Shown here: positions 49,994 through 62,956 of the stretch, one piece after another
How positions within the stretch are numbered: the first letter of the stretch is position 1
Layout: the number at the start of each line of letters is the position of its first letter
Assembly (NCBI GenBank): GCA_051294905.1
Contig: CM119377.1
Coordinates: forward strand, 10,540,001-10,604,000
DNA: 64,000 nucleotides
Source: Botryllus schlosseri
Lineage: Eukaryota
Reading direction: 5' to 3'
Program-made: the position numbers and the translations under genes
The notes under the pieces: generated by a model
What the model saw: only the letters and a program-made list of their open reading frames with translations
What the model was told of the DNA's origin: nothing
Database searches by the model: none

Positions 49994-52900
49994 ATGAGAG
50001 ATGACAGGTTTGACAAGGGCAAGGAGCAGAAAAAGATTATTCGCTCATTCGCCTTCTACAACGTAGGGATCTTCCTGTTGTGGTGTTCATTTGTAGGATT
50101 ACTCAGTCTGCAATCAAGTATCAACATTGAAAATGGTCTGGGTAAGCAAATAGGTCCTTTTGCTTCAATATCCTGCAACTAGCATTAATTTATCCAACAT
50201 CAGTCGATACTGGTTGTTAAGGTCCCCTTAGAGCAGAGTAGTCTACATTCCTACTCAAGTAGAAAACCACAAATTTCTAGTCAATTACAAGTAGTTGTAG
50301 TGATTTTCCAGACACGTCAAACTACTGCAAGTGGAAGATGACAGTAGATGTGGCTGCGGTGACACATACTTATATTACCTTCGTGCGTTGGCAGGACGGC
50401 TACTTTCAAAACGCATCTTCGCAAAATGACTAGTAATATGACTCATATAGATAGAGCGATTAACAAAAATATAATCTGATACTTTGACACTAGGCAATTT
50501 CGCCTGGTTGTTATGGTAATTTCTCTCACAAAGGTGATTCAACCATTCCATAAACTACTCTCTGCTTTAGTATATGTAAAAGTAAGTAGTTTTGCCTAAA
50601 AAAACTATTCAAGTAGAATTTGTTAGTCTAAAAACATGACCACTTTAAGTAGTAGAAGTAGGGGCAAAATCTACTGAGTACTCTGAAAAAGTAGAAGTGC
50701 TTGGTTACTGACCACCTCTGGGCATAATGGAATCAGTCAGTCGTTCACAAGCCGATTCATTAACTCTTTCGACGCCGAGCTAAATTTCACGATTGTCTTC
50801 AAAACGCCGCGATTTTCATCAAATAACCCCAATTTCAACCGACCGTAACTTCGTCGCTACCTTAGCTACCGAGTCGTACCTACGTCCGTATTGTAGCCGC
50901 GAACGATATCTATCTAATGATGCGTAACGTGCCTTGATTGATCCTGTTGTGTTGCTAGGACAGGCTTCGGTACGAACTGAAGTTTGGCTGATTTCACGCG
51001 CGCTGCTGCCAAGGTATGGATTTTGTTGGTGTTTCTATGGTACTTATAGATTAGCTGTGACGTTGTAAATTTCACAGAATATTCTCAATATATTATATAT
51101 TGATAATATATTATCCTTAAATCGTTAATTCCTTTTCAATGGCAATGCGGAGGTTCAGAACCGTCGTGAAATACTGCTGCCGACATGATCTTCGGACGTC
51201 GATGCTTCAAGGTTATCATTGTGACGTCAAATCCGCAATAATGGCTCGAAAATTTGACTTCTGCTAGTACCGGTACTCAAGTTTGTTTTTCAGGCGCAGT
51301 AACATACCGACGGAGCCCATTTGTGTACGATTACAAGCAACGATCTGCACAAAAACATCATTATTTGTCACCGTTGAGTCCTCGTCATCTCCCGATGCAA
51401 TTTTACGTTTGAAAAACTTGAATAAATACGTATATATTGGTGTGAAGTCTGTGTTGTCGCAGTACATGTACTGACTTGGTGGCTTCAGTAGATCCGTATT
51501 TTAACGTAACGCGCGATGTGTCGCTAAAGATTGGTGATAATGATGTAAAATGTCTTTAGGTATTATTGGCATCTGTTGAAAATCATCACCGTCGTGGAAA
51601 TATATATCAAATAAAGTTACTATTCCGCACAGGTAATCCAGCGAAATTGCCTCTTAGCAGCAAGTCTTGAATTTTGAATTCATTACCGCACAATGCCCCG
51701 ACTGCCATGAACGCAAAACGGCATGTCAGATTTCGAGACAAAAATACACTCTCTCGATTTAGCGAACATATGGGGATACGCGGCGTTTTGAAGACAATCT
51801 CTAGCGAACATATGGGGATACGCGGCGTCGAAAGAGTTAATGTGGTACAGAAATAGACCATGAGCTTTGACAATACATTAACTGTAACGACTTCCAGTAA
51901 CCGAATTAAGTTCTACGGAAAATTTCTCAGTATCGAATACAGGTCTCTTGCAACATATAGGATTACAGGCCTATTCATACACCACCGAGGAGACAAAATA
52001 TCAATCTCAAAGCCCTCAATTCATCAGACCTCCATCGTGAACACTTTTCTTCTTTATAAAAGAATACTTAATAACTGAGGCATTTCTCTTTGCAGGCATG
52101 GTAACCCTTGCCGTGACTTTCACAGTGCAAATCCTGTGTTCGATATTTCTCACTCCTGTGGTGATACGCCGACACGGTGCGAGGACCTGGCTGATTATCG
52201 GAGACTTGGGAGTGGTTCCGTACATCCTTGCCAATTTATATCCAAGTGAGTTGAATCATGATATTTCATATTATACTCATGCAGATGCGTTCAGTAATGG
52301 AGTACCGTGCTTCTACTTATTCGGAGTAAGCTACTAATGTGGACTTTGCATATGCCTACCTGTTCTACTACCTCAAGTGGCAATGTTTTTCGACTACTTC
52401 CACTTTCAGGCAAAATTACTTACTTTTTTACACTTTTGACCTTGAAAAGTATGAAGTTGTTTTTGGTTGAGTTAGCATCACTCATAAGGGGAAATTGTTA
52501 AAGAGCCGAGTGATATAGTATAGCCCCCGTGTCATGGAAAATAAATATATTTATAGCATTGCTATTCATTTTGCGTTAGTCGTGAAGAATCATCTTGTAT
52601 TTTGGAAATAGCGACTTCTGATTAACTGTTCCTATTTCTATTTGAGTACCGACAATAACTTATTTGACCATCTCTGTCAATTCCTTCCATTATGGAAATC
52701 TGATACGCGGCCCGTTTGTCAAAAAGGTTACACACCCCTGGACTACACAACTGATAGAAAATTTTACATAAATGAGTATAACACAATCACTTCAGGATAT
52801 TTCACTCTGATTCCCACTGGCATCATGCTAGCCGTTTTCCAATCAAGTCTGTGGCCGAGCATGTGTCTCGTCAACGTGATTTATGCCACTTTATACTCCG

Positions 52901-55900
52901 AAGTCAGTAAAAGACCAAAGGACGTTCATACGATTGCATTCACCGGCTATTTCTTCACCGCATTTCAAATCTCACAGGTAAGCTGTCATTTCATTCCATT
53001 GCTATTTCAAGGCCGTCGATTAAATTTGTGATGAGGCTGAGTATTTCTGGAGATGGCAACAACAGCATAGCTCCACTTTTCTGCAGTACTTGAGTGGTTG
53101 TTTTAACTAACTTCCATTTAACTTCAACAATTTTTGCCGTGAAGCTACTAACTTTTTACACTTCAAGAACTTTTTATAATTGAAGATTTTGTCAAGTACA
53201 AAATAATGATTGGATAGCTTTGCATCACTTTCATAAGTCAAATCGTCATAACAACCGGGAGGTGCAATGACTGAATATAATTTTGGAGATCGAAAGTATT
53301 TGCGATTTGATTATTAGTTGTGCATTAGACGCGCGATCCACCTAACAATTTTGAAGGCTTCACTTGTTACATCTTGTTCATATCTACTTTCTAACGGCAT
53401 TTACTTGAGCAATTTTCAGAACTAAGTCTTCTTTTACATCAAGTAAGTTTAACCTGCTTTATCATAGGCGCCGACTTTTATTTTTTTAGAGGTGGCGAAT
53501 TCTTGTGACGTCATAATTGTTCCATATCGATGACTTCATCGTCGTACGGAAACGCACTTTACTGCATTCCGCTGGTGTACATGTGTAGAGTTAAACCATT
53601 CGCGTGACGTTTTAATATCGGCCCTGCACTCATTAACATCAAACCATGCAGTCGAGTTATTAAATGGAATCTTAAAACGGTACGAACATTTGAAGTGTGA
53701 CTGCGGCCTGCACTACCAGTCTGTCCGACGGAATCTTCAGTTGCATCAATGGTATTCACGCGCAATGCCCGTGTGAGTAACGAAATACACTACGCACTGG
53801 CCTTGCAAGTAACACACGACAACTCTCGAATACTTCCAGCAGACAATAATGATGATTATAAACGCGAAATCGCGCAGCCAATCAGTAATTGTCTCTTGCG
53901 GTTTCTTGCTTCGCGTTGACCAACTCGCATCGCGGCAATTGTTTGATGATTAAAACATTGGTGCATTTCCCGATTTAAGTTCGCGGAGCATTTCTGGAGT
54001 ACATCGGTCAATTCGTAAATTCAATCTGCATGTGGACGGCCGCCAACGCATACTAATTGAATTAGGTGTTGACGGCCGCACAAATTTCCTTCTACGGCCG
54101 CGGGTTGGCCACCCCCGGGCTAGAATTAATTCCACTTCCAGCCGCATGCCGCGTTCTTACCAATAGAAATCCACTGTCTATTTAATGCCTAATAGTTTAA
54201 TATTCGATAATGTTGTTCTGGATACGAGAACATCCAGCAATCAAGTTTATCGGAATGTAGAAGGTTACCTGTTCAAACGAATCGAATAAAATCAGAATTT
54301 GTGCCACCCAGAATCCTGTGATGCATCCCGTTAATAATGAAAGGATCAAAGGAACACTGAAAAATGACTTTGTGCGACAATTTCGGAGTACGAATGTATC
54401 AAGTAGAAAACATAGAATATGGATGATGGCAAATGAGAAAGCGTGTATTCTAATCAGTATCGCCACGAATCGGTTTTGAGTGTGACACCGTATTGAGTAG
54501 CTTTCGTGGCGACAATTATTTTCTCATTATATCGGTGTTTAAGCTGTATTGCTGTATTGCTGCATTTCCCGATTAATGCCACTGGCAAAGCTTTGTTATA
54601 GAAACGAATCTGCGCAGAAATGAATTCCAATTTGCAGGCACACACCAACACACCCTCCAATTTCGCGCTGCGATTACCTATCACGAAGCTAGCTAGCTCA
54701 TGAATGGTTTTGTAAACGAATATGGGCGCACATAATTTAGATTTCAGAAAAGCACAACGTATATTTAGGTGCCTGGTCGGGAGAGGAGATCTAGCATGGT
54801 GCTTCTCAGCACACGCTAGGCGCGTAGCCAGTCGAAAAATTAGGGAAATTTGGATTTTTTTTCAAATTTACCAATATAGCATCAATTCAATGCGGGTCAA
54901 GTACATGTGTAAGTGGCGATCATATAATCTCTCCGTATCAAGGATTTTAGGCGTATGATAAGCTTGCCAACGAGTCCGGGAGTGCTGTCAATTACCGAGT
55001 CCCTGTTCTCTAGCGAATAATTAAATACGCGCGCGTATTACGCAGTCTCGGCGACAGTTTTCGCAAATCAAAATGTCCGAACCTGATGGCACCGATTTCA
55101 GGTGGTTCAGACCTTTGTCGTCTTTTAGAACTCGAGCCACGATACACATCTTCTGATTGTTACGATCAAGTATTAGCGGGAATCAATTTCGCACGTTAAA
55201 GTCTGTTTGCAGCGATTCGATGTTATTCAGTTTCGCGAAATCGCTTTTTAATCAATATGACATAAAACAATCACTAATTAGCGTAAACTCGACCGCATTG
55301 TCGCCAAACCAGCGAGAGATAGGAGCCAAAGCATGCTAGGCCCGAGACGCGATATTCAGGCCATAGGCCAGCAATGATCTCTTTCACTCCAGGCCTATTG
55401 CATATGTTATTGTGTGAGCCAGCGATGATATCGTGCACACCAGGCCGAAGCCGCCAATGCAGATGCGATTGCGCAGTCAAGCGATGATGTAGTATGACTT
55501 GGGCGTTTGAGCATTTTGTACGAGGTGGCTGGGCCACCTCGTAACCTCGTAAGTCGGCGCCTATACTTGTAATTGGTAATATTCAAGAGCAATATTCCTG
55601 CTTGTACTCCAGTACACTGAGTCATTACTTTGACCACAGCTGTAAACTCGAGGAAAATTTGAAATCAATACATTCACATTGATGATAGCCTACTCCAACG
55701 ATTAAAGATTACTAGAATCGCATTTTCAAATATTTCAGATGTGTGGAGGACTTCTCGCATATGCCGTCCTTTATGGGTTCGATCAAGTACCCATACCAAA
55801 TTTGGAATCATTTGAACCATGCCAACCTAGCAACACGACCAGTGAAAATATAGACATAGCATGCACGTCGAACCATTCTTATCTATATTGTGGCGCTCGT

Positions 55901-58328
55901 GACTGCCAAGATCCCGAAATCATAAATGAAACGATACAGCAATACAAACCGATCAACAAGATATCACTGTACGTGTTCATAGGAATTTGTTCAGTGATGG
56001 CAATCGGGGCTGCAGTTGTCCACATCATATTTGTACCAAACGACAAGACGTTCAAGCGCAAGCAGAAATATTACACAGCCCAAATGGCTATGCTAGCAAT
56101 GGATGACAAGCCGAATACAAGCACGGGTGACGACAACAAACATTGTGCTGCCATTGAAAACACACTGTATTCATCATCCAAGGTGTTTCACATGCATTTC
56201 ACTTGCACATACTTCCTACGTGTATATTATTGACAGGGTGATAGTTTGTTTAAACAAAGCATGGAGATTGGAAGATCAGTTTGGAGGCATGTCCTCAATC
56301 GGAAACTATTACTTTTGCTTCCAATAACGTTCTATAACGGGCTCGCTATGGGCTTTGTCGGCACCGAGATGACAAGATCGTTTACCTCGTGCACTGTCGG
56401 GGTGCAATGGGTATGTCATTTTTTTTTATATGAAGTCGATGCCCTCATGCCCATATGATTTCTAGAAGCAAAGTAGTCATAGATAGTTATAAACTTTGAA
56501 GTTCTGCCAAGCAGCAGAGCATTTTCTTTCATTCATCTACCAATAGCTCACCACTTCAAAATATATTCCATTAGATGACTGAATCAGAGTGGTTACTCTA
56601 CTGGTACTCTTATTACACCGTGGCCGTGACTTGGATATCAAGATTGGTTCGAATTAATGTCAAACAAAACTATTTTCTACTTAATCAACAGAACCACCTC
56701 AGTGGGTGGAGTGAAAAAAAAAGATAGTAGCAGTGTTCTCATACTGACCACGTTTACACTTTACATGATTTGTGGCGCAAGAAATATGAATTATTTGCTA
56801 CACAAGCTATTTCCACCTTATCCAGTCTCCAGTTCATACCTCGCATGAAGGACGTCATGACCAATATGCTAGTTTGTAACCGTAATTTTGTTAGTGTTAT
56901 TAGAGTGATTGGAATTTTTTAGGCATACCGGTATTAATATTGATGGTGGACAGAAAGATGTCACTCCTTGGTGGAATGATGAATATGAAAAAATTTGACT
57001 CCGCCGACCTTATGTTAAATCTCAAAAAAAATTCCTAAGCATAACTTGCTTTGTGGTTGCAATAGAAACAAATATGTTGCGATTTTCTACAGGTTGGTAT
57101 TTGCATGGCGATATATGGCCTTTTTGATGCTATTTTTTCTTGGATCGTTGGAAAGTTTGGCCGCAGACTAGGAAGGATAGCATTGTTTACAATTGGCTTG
57201 ATTTTGGAATGTGGAAACTATGTATATGTGCTGCTCTGGGCACCAACAGAGTATATGTTGTTCTCAGTACTTATATTTTATGCGACTTTTGGCAGCACCG
57301 ACGGGATATTCCAGATAATAATCAATGGTACGTACTGCAAAGTAACATCCAGTTTGCTATAGGCACGTGTTTTATGTTACTTCCAAACATTGCAGTGCTA
57401 CTATCATACCATCAGCTTTTGCCTTCTTGAAAATTGGAATGAACTTGGTAACATTGTCACTATTAAAACCAGTAGTGTTGTAAGAAATACTGGTCGCAAC
57501 TTCCTGAAATATTTATTTTGGTATGTTTCAGTGACTGACATGGACTACTTTCCCCATGATGAAGATCTTGCAGTGTTAGTTTGGAACACAGTTATTTTGA
57601 TGGGTTTCGCCGTGAGCCACGCGATTAGTCCAATTTTCTGCGTCAGTGTCAGAGCGTACTTGAACATTGCAGTACTTGTGATTGGGTACCTTTGCATTGG
57701 TAAGATGAAAAGAGTCAATGTTTTCAACTTTTTGCAGGTGCTGGTCCAAACAGTCTGACCTATGCTTCATTGCGGCAACTAGGTAAATAGTCGAGAATTG
57801 AAGTGAAAATATCAAATGGAAGGTTTTTATAAGTCAAAAATTGTGACATGGGACCTGTAATTGCTGATTACCCATAACTAGTTTTGAAATCTCTTTATCT
57901 GTGTTCCTAATTCTTTCGAGTTCAATAGAGTTCATAGATGCAACAACTTCATCCACAATATATGGAATCTATTTCTGGTGGTAAATGTCAGCATTAAAAC
58001 AGCTAATAGCCACTCGAAACAGTTGAAAGTTATATTAGCATTAAAATTGTTGAAAAAAGTAGCATAATGAAGACAGCACATGATAGTACACAATTGAACT
58101 ATTGAGCTATTTTTTGTTCTTGTTCGCCTACAGAAAAATCTAGCTGTTTGTCAATGTATTTCCAGACTGTCTATTTGGCAAATTACTACAATTCAATTAT
58201 TCATGTTTAATCTTTCAGTGGGTGCTGAATTCTATCACCGCAAGGATCAAAAAGCTTCAGAAAAATCAGCGACAGAAGTTGGCAACATGCAATCTACCAA
58301 TGAAGAATCTATCGCAATCAATTCCTAG
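49994..58328 (+). CDS. UNC-93-like MFS membrane protein D (8 exons, ~536 aa)
   Basis: Exons 49994-50141, 52096-52245, 52796-52977, 55739-56182, 56237-56410, 57093-57327, 57532-57699, 58219-58328. All GT-AG; 1611 nt in frame. Closest to C. AATAAA at 58432. Confidence 0.9.
50764..51836. mobile_element. piggyBac-like non-autonomous element in intron 1 of UNC-93 D
   Basis: TTAA on both sides, perfect 14-bp TIR CTCTTTCGACGCCG / CGGCGTCGAAAGAG, subterminal direct repeat TAGCGAACATATGGGGATACGCGGCGT x2. Confidence 0.8.
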
Positions 58329-58550
58329 CCACTGATAACTACTTATTACTACGCAAGCTTCACTGTATGTAGGTTGTAATCTAACTTGGATCACTGTCTA
58401 TTTTCGAATATCTTATTAATTTCATAGCACAAATAAAAGATATATGTGGCTTAAATCGCACTCTTTGATGTGGCATAGAACAGTGATCGCGGGGTCATGT
58501 GGGCTTCTAAAAAATCCACGGCAGCGCAAGTGGATAATAGCAATCAATTA

Positions 58551-59744
58551 TCACCATGAAGACATGCCCAGTCGGACACCTACAGATTCAAGGGCGTCAC
58601 AAGCCCATTTTGGATACTTGGAAGGGTTACCAAATAACTCTAAAAACTTTTCTTTGATAAACTCAGGGAATTTATCATCAACAATAGCATCTCGGATCGA
58701 TTTCATCAGCCGCGCTTGATACGCTACATTATGAATGGTGAGCATCAAGCACGCGGTTGGATTGTTGTTTTTGAACAGCATATGAACATACGCTCGATTG
58801 TGATTGACGCACGTTGAGCAACCACATTTTTTATCGATAGGCTCAAAGTCCTTGGAAAATTCACCGCTTTTAAGATTGATCTGTCCACTGTCGACGAGGG
58901 CAGACCCAAATCTCGCGGTTCTAGTCGGGAAAACGCAGTCAAACATATCACACCCCAAAGCGCTACAAACAATCAAATCTGCTGCGTAACCAACACCCAT
59001 TAAATACCTCGGTTTCGCTTCCGGCAAACCATCCGTACTTAGAGTCACCATCTTCCAAAAATCGTCCTTACCTTCCCCACCGCTTAAACCGCCTATTGCA
59101 AACCCCAGCACGTCTCTAGATGTCATTTCTTTGAGGCAGCGTTGTCTCAATTCATGATCCAGTCCACCTTGGATTATAGGAAATAACGATTGCTCATCCT
59201 TTCTTTCGTGAGCGGCAATGCAGCGATCCAGCCATCTTATAGAACGGTCCGTAGCCAGATTAAACCGCTTCAGATCTGTTTCGGTGCTGCTCACGACGTC
59301 GTCAAGCTGCATCATGATGTCAGCCCCGATCGCGTTTTGTATCGCCATTGATTTCTCCGGAGACAACATCATCTCTGTTTTTTCGTGAGGGTGTATGAAC
59401 TTGACGCCCTCCTCCGAAAACTCGGCAAGCTTCACGAGGGAGACCATTTGGAATCCGCCGCTGTCCGTCAACAGAGACCGGTCCCACGACATGAACTCGT
59501 GTAATCCGCCGGCTTTTTTAAGTACTTCCTCCCCGGGCTTGTTACCGAGGTGATAAGTGTTGCCTAGCATGATTTGAATTCCCAGTTCTTTCAACTGCTT
59601 TGGGATTACTCCTTTCAAAGTTCCTTGTGTTCCGACCGGCATAAATACGGGAGTGTCCACAACGCTGTGAGGTAAAGTTAACTTCCCTACTCTCGCTTTA
59701 GTTGTGCTGCATCTTGCGATTATCTCCATTCCTGGTTTATCCAT
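58551..59744 (-). CDS. QTRT1: Queuine tRNA-ribosyltransferase catalytic subunit (eukaryote-type TGT), 397 aa, intronless CDS
   Basis: [66 protein letters not shown] and zinc site CGCSTC...H. DDV and LSGGE are the eukaryotic pocket variants. Confidence 0.97.
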   Translation of the reverse strand: MDKPGMEIIARCSTTKARVGKLTLPHSVVDTPVFMPVGTQGTLKGVIPKQLKELGIQIMLGNTYHLGNKPGEEVLKKAGGLHEFMSWDRSLLTDSGGFQMVSLVKLAEFSEEGVKFIHPHEKTEMMLSPEKSMAIQNAIGADIMMQLDDVVSSTETDLKRFNLATDRSIRWLDRCIAAHERKDEQSLFPIIQGGLDHELRQRCLKEMTSRDVLGFAIGGLSGGEGKDDFWKMVTLSTDGLPEAKPRYLMGVGYAADLIVCSALGCDMFDCVFPTRTARFGSALVDSGQINLKSGEFSKDFEPIDKKCGCSTCVNHNRAYVHMLFKNNNPTACLMLTIHNVAYQARLMKSIRDAIVDDKFPEFIKEKFLELFGNPSKYPKWACDALESVGVRLGMSSW

Positions 59745-61305
59745 TATGTTAACTAATACTTGTAGTCTATCCAGATTGAGTAATAAACAACAGGTATTAG
59801 GATTTTCTGAAACGATGATACGAACCTAATGAACAGATTTGATATTTGGTACCATACCATACCAAGAAATGGCAGAAAAAGTCTATGTTATGGGGATACA
59901 TCATATTAACATAACAAATGACAGTTGCAGTTTAAACTTCCTAATGAATTAGGCCCTATACCGTCAACCGGGGTGACTTTGACGGTCAGTGTGACTTTGA
60001 TAAAGGTTAAAAAACGTCATCACTTCGGCTCGACTCCCGAATTACCCTTTTGGGGCATTTTAGGGTAAAAAGGAAAACAAATTGACAAAACGGAGTACAT
60101 TTTGGCGAAGGGAAGACATTTCTTGAAAAATGAGGACAAATCCTCCTAAGGAGGACATACAGAAACTCTACTTCAATACATTGAGTATCAAAGCCGCGAA
60201 CGATCTAATATTGTGGAATTCTAAACAGCAAGTTAAGGTTCAGGTTAGTTCAGATCAGATCTGGGTGAACCAAATGCATCCCGTGACGTGTCGAAACGGC
60301 TTGGAGTAGTTTACCTACAGTAATTTTAATAATTATTAACACTACTAATCTTACCCAAACGCATTGCAAATGTTACGGTATACTACCTTCTCTTCCTGCC
60401 ATCTTTCGGCATTTGCTTTTTGACCAATTTTTTCGAGCCGTTAGATGCGACTATTTAGCTACTCTGCTATCGTTGTGACGAGCTGCTAACACGAAGGCGG
60501 TTGGACCTCTCTACCATGTCCAGATTGAATTAAAATAACATGTGGACCACATCACACGAAACATCTTATGTTTACATGTTGTCATGGTTCACTAATTTTG
60601 CTAATTTCGACACACAAGTCACTGATCAGGAACGCAGCACTTCTACTTTTTCGAAGTACTCAAGTACGTTTTGCCTACTTACACAGGTGGTTATGATTTT
60701 ATGCTACTTCATAGTTTACTATTTTTAGGCAAATGTAGCCCTAGAATACAGCTGACTGGGTCATTGGAAGTCCCTAATCATCGCATCGATGTGCATTGTG
60801 CAATGTGCCATTTATAAAACTGTCTGTCTCTCTCCCTTTACTTTTTTACTTACTTGGGATTTGGTAATCGATACTTTTACATGACCAATTGTACACACAG
60901 TAGGCTAGTAACACAGCCCAGACACATTAGCAACACTATGGTTACGAGCATACGTCCTCTTTTAAGAGGATATGTCCTCTTTTTTAACTTTTTTGAAAGT
61001 GACCTCGGAGGACGCCCAGGCCAAATGTCCCCTTTTTGGAGATTTTGTCCTCTTTTTTGAGAATTTTGTTCGAGTATAGGGGTAACATTCGAGTGAGATA
61101 CAGTAAATCAGCACTGAAGTACTGCTCCAGCGGCTTATTCGGGAGCTGGTCCGGAAAGCTGACCTTTTTTTGGTCAACCAACGAATAATGTGAAAGAAAA
61201 ACTGTATTTCGGAGCTGAGCCGGAAAGTTGATCTGCGATACGAGTCTCGTTGGTAGCACATTTAGTAGTATCGATGATGATGGATTAACCAACTTTATCT
61301 CGGTT

Positions 61306-62500
61306 CATCATCACCATCATCATTGGTTTATTACAGTCCATCCTCAAGATTACCGGACCACGACTGACCTATCGATCTCGCTTCCCATGACATGCCGCCC
61401 TATTCTTGTCGCTTTCTTTTTCTATACTATCTTCTTTACTTTCATTCAGTGTGCATGCCTCCTCTTTACATCGCCTAGGCCAAGGTGGGTGTCAGATTCC
61501 ATAGACTACTCCTTGTCGCTTCAACATCTTCCTGTCTTTTCATTGTACCGCATTTTTTGTGGTGTATTGAACTGATAAAATTGCTAATAAACCAATGATG
61601 ATGATGATTAGCAATTTTCATCAGTTCAATACACCACAGAATGTGATACCATGAAAAGATATAGGAAGGTGTCGAAGCGACTTGGAGTATTGCAGGAGTA
61701 TATGGTAACTGACAACCTCCAAACTTACATGAACCTACTAACCACAAGCAGATCTGATTCGATCTGGCTTTCATTCGATCAGAGACAACCGCTGTCAGAG
61801 TGTTGCAATTTATACCGCTGATACAGCTGTGATACACCTGCTTGCGGGACCATATGATAATATCCAACATTGTGTTTTCCACGCCATATTAGGAAACGAA
61901 TAAGACTACCGATTGCAATGATCACGAGTCTATATAAGCGCATGTTTAGTTGACTCGAGATGAGATTCATTTGCTAAACCTACTTGTAACAACGTCTGAA
62001 ATATATTCGTATGTCTTGCGTATATCGGCGTCTTAAGAAGATCTCACCAGGATACAGTACAGGATTCCAGGTTAAGTAGTCAGCCAGCTAAACCTATAAT
62101 ACTTTTGTTAGCTATACTTCTACTCACCAGGAACATTACCATTGTATTACTGCAGTAGTCTATGGAATCAGACACCCACCTTGGCCTAGGCGATGTAAAG
62201 AGGAGGCATGCACACTGCACACTGAATGAAAAGTAAAGAAGATTGTATAGGAAAAAAGCAAGCAACAAGAAATGGGGTGGCATGTCATGGAAGGCGAGAT
62301 CGATAGGTCAGTCGATGGCCTTGCGGTGCCTTTACAAAAGGCTAGCGAACGACGGATGGGTCGACAACGAGCACAAGGAAGTGAATATAATGGAAAGAAC
62401 GAGTAAAGCGTCAAAGAGTAAGACAGCCGAAATATCAATATCAAGCACTGTAAGATGGGGCATAAGAGGCCGAGGTGGATGCTAGACGCGACTCCTTTCA
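61306..62500. repeat. Fold-back (long inverted repeat) built from a decayed LINE-like (RTE-like) sequence
   Basis: 61361-61588 is the inverse of 61607-61689 plus 62154-62314. A tail AATAAACCAATGATGATG lies in the loop and inverted at 61306-61332. Faint RTE ORF2-like peptides appear with frameshifts (C..V.YG.DT; WGGHVM; RRMGRQ). Confidence 0.6.
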
Positions 62501-62956
62501 TCTGTTCACTACATCGCGATGTTGGGAATCCCAGCATGGGATGACTCGAGACATGACTTCACTCGAGTTAAACTCGAGTCAACTTTTTGTGTGACTTGAC
62601 TTGACTCGAGTCTCTTTACAAAAATGACTTGACTTGACTCGGGGCTCCAAAAATGTGGATTGACTCGTGACTCGGAGCAGAATTTATTACGAGTCAATTT
62701 CAAGTCATCAAGTAAACAATGTCGATTAAATCACTGGATCTTGTGTATGTTCCGATTGTTCACGCTACCCCAGTGCAAATAGTTGAGTGACTTTGCCCCA
62801 GTGCCATGTGAGAGCAGCCAGTCATTTATACTAAAAACACTGATTATACGTTTCACCAATCCTCCATTGTTACATCACGAATAAACTGACTGCAAACGAA
62901 ATTAGATAGGAAACGAATTGAAACTTGGTGTAATGTGAATAACTATCGATTATTTG

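Noticed and set aside
58551-59744. Bacterial tgt by horizontal transfer or contamination (intronless, higher GC)
   Set aside because: It has eukaryotic signatures ([27 protein letters not shown]) rather than bacterial FDEC/GGLAVGE, and it is embedded among host repeats.
61228-61620. His-rich ORFs (HHHHHH) as metal-binding proteins
   Set aside because: The His runs are translations of the (CAT/ATG)n retroelement tail.
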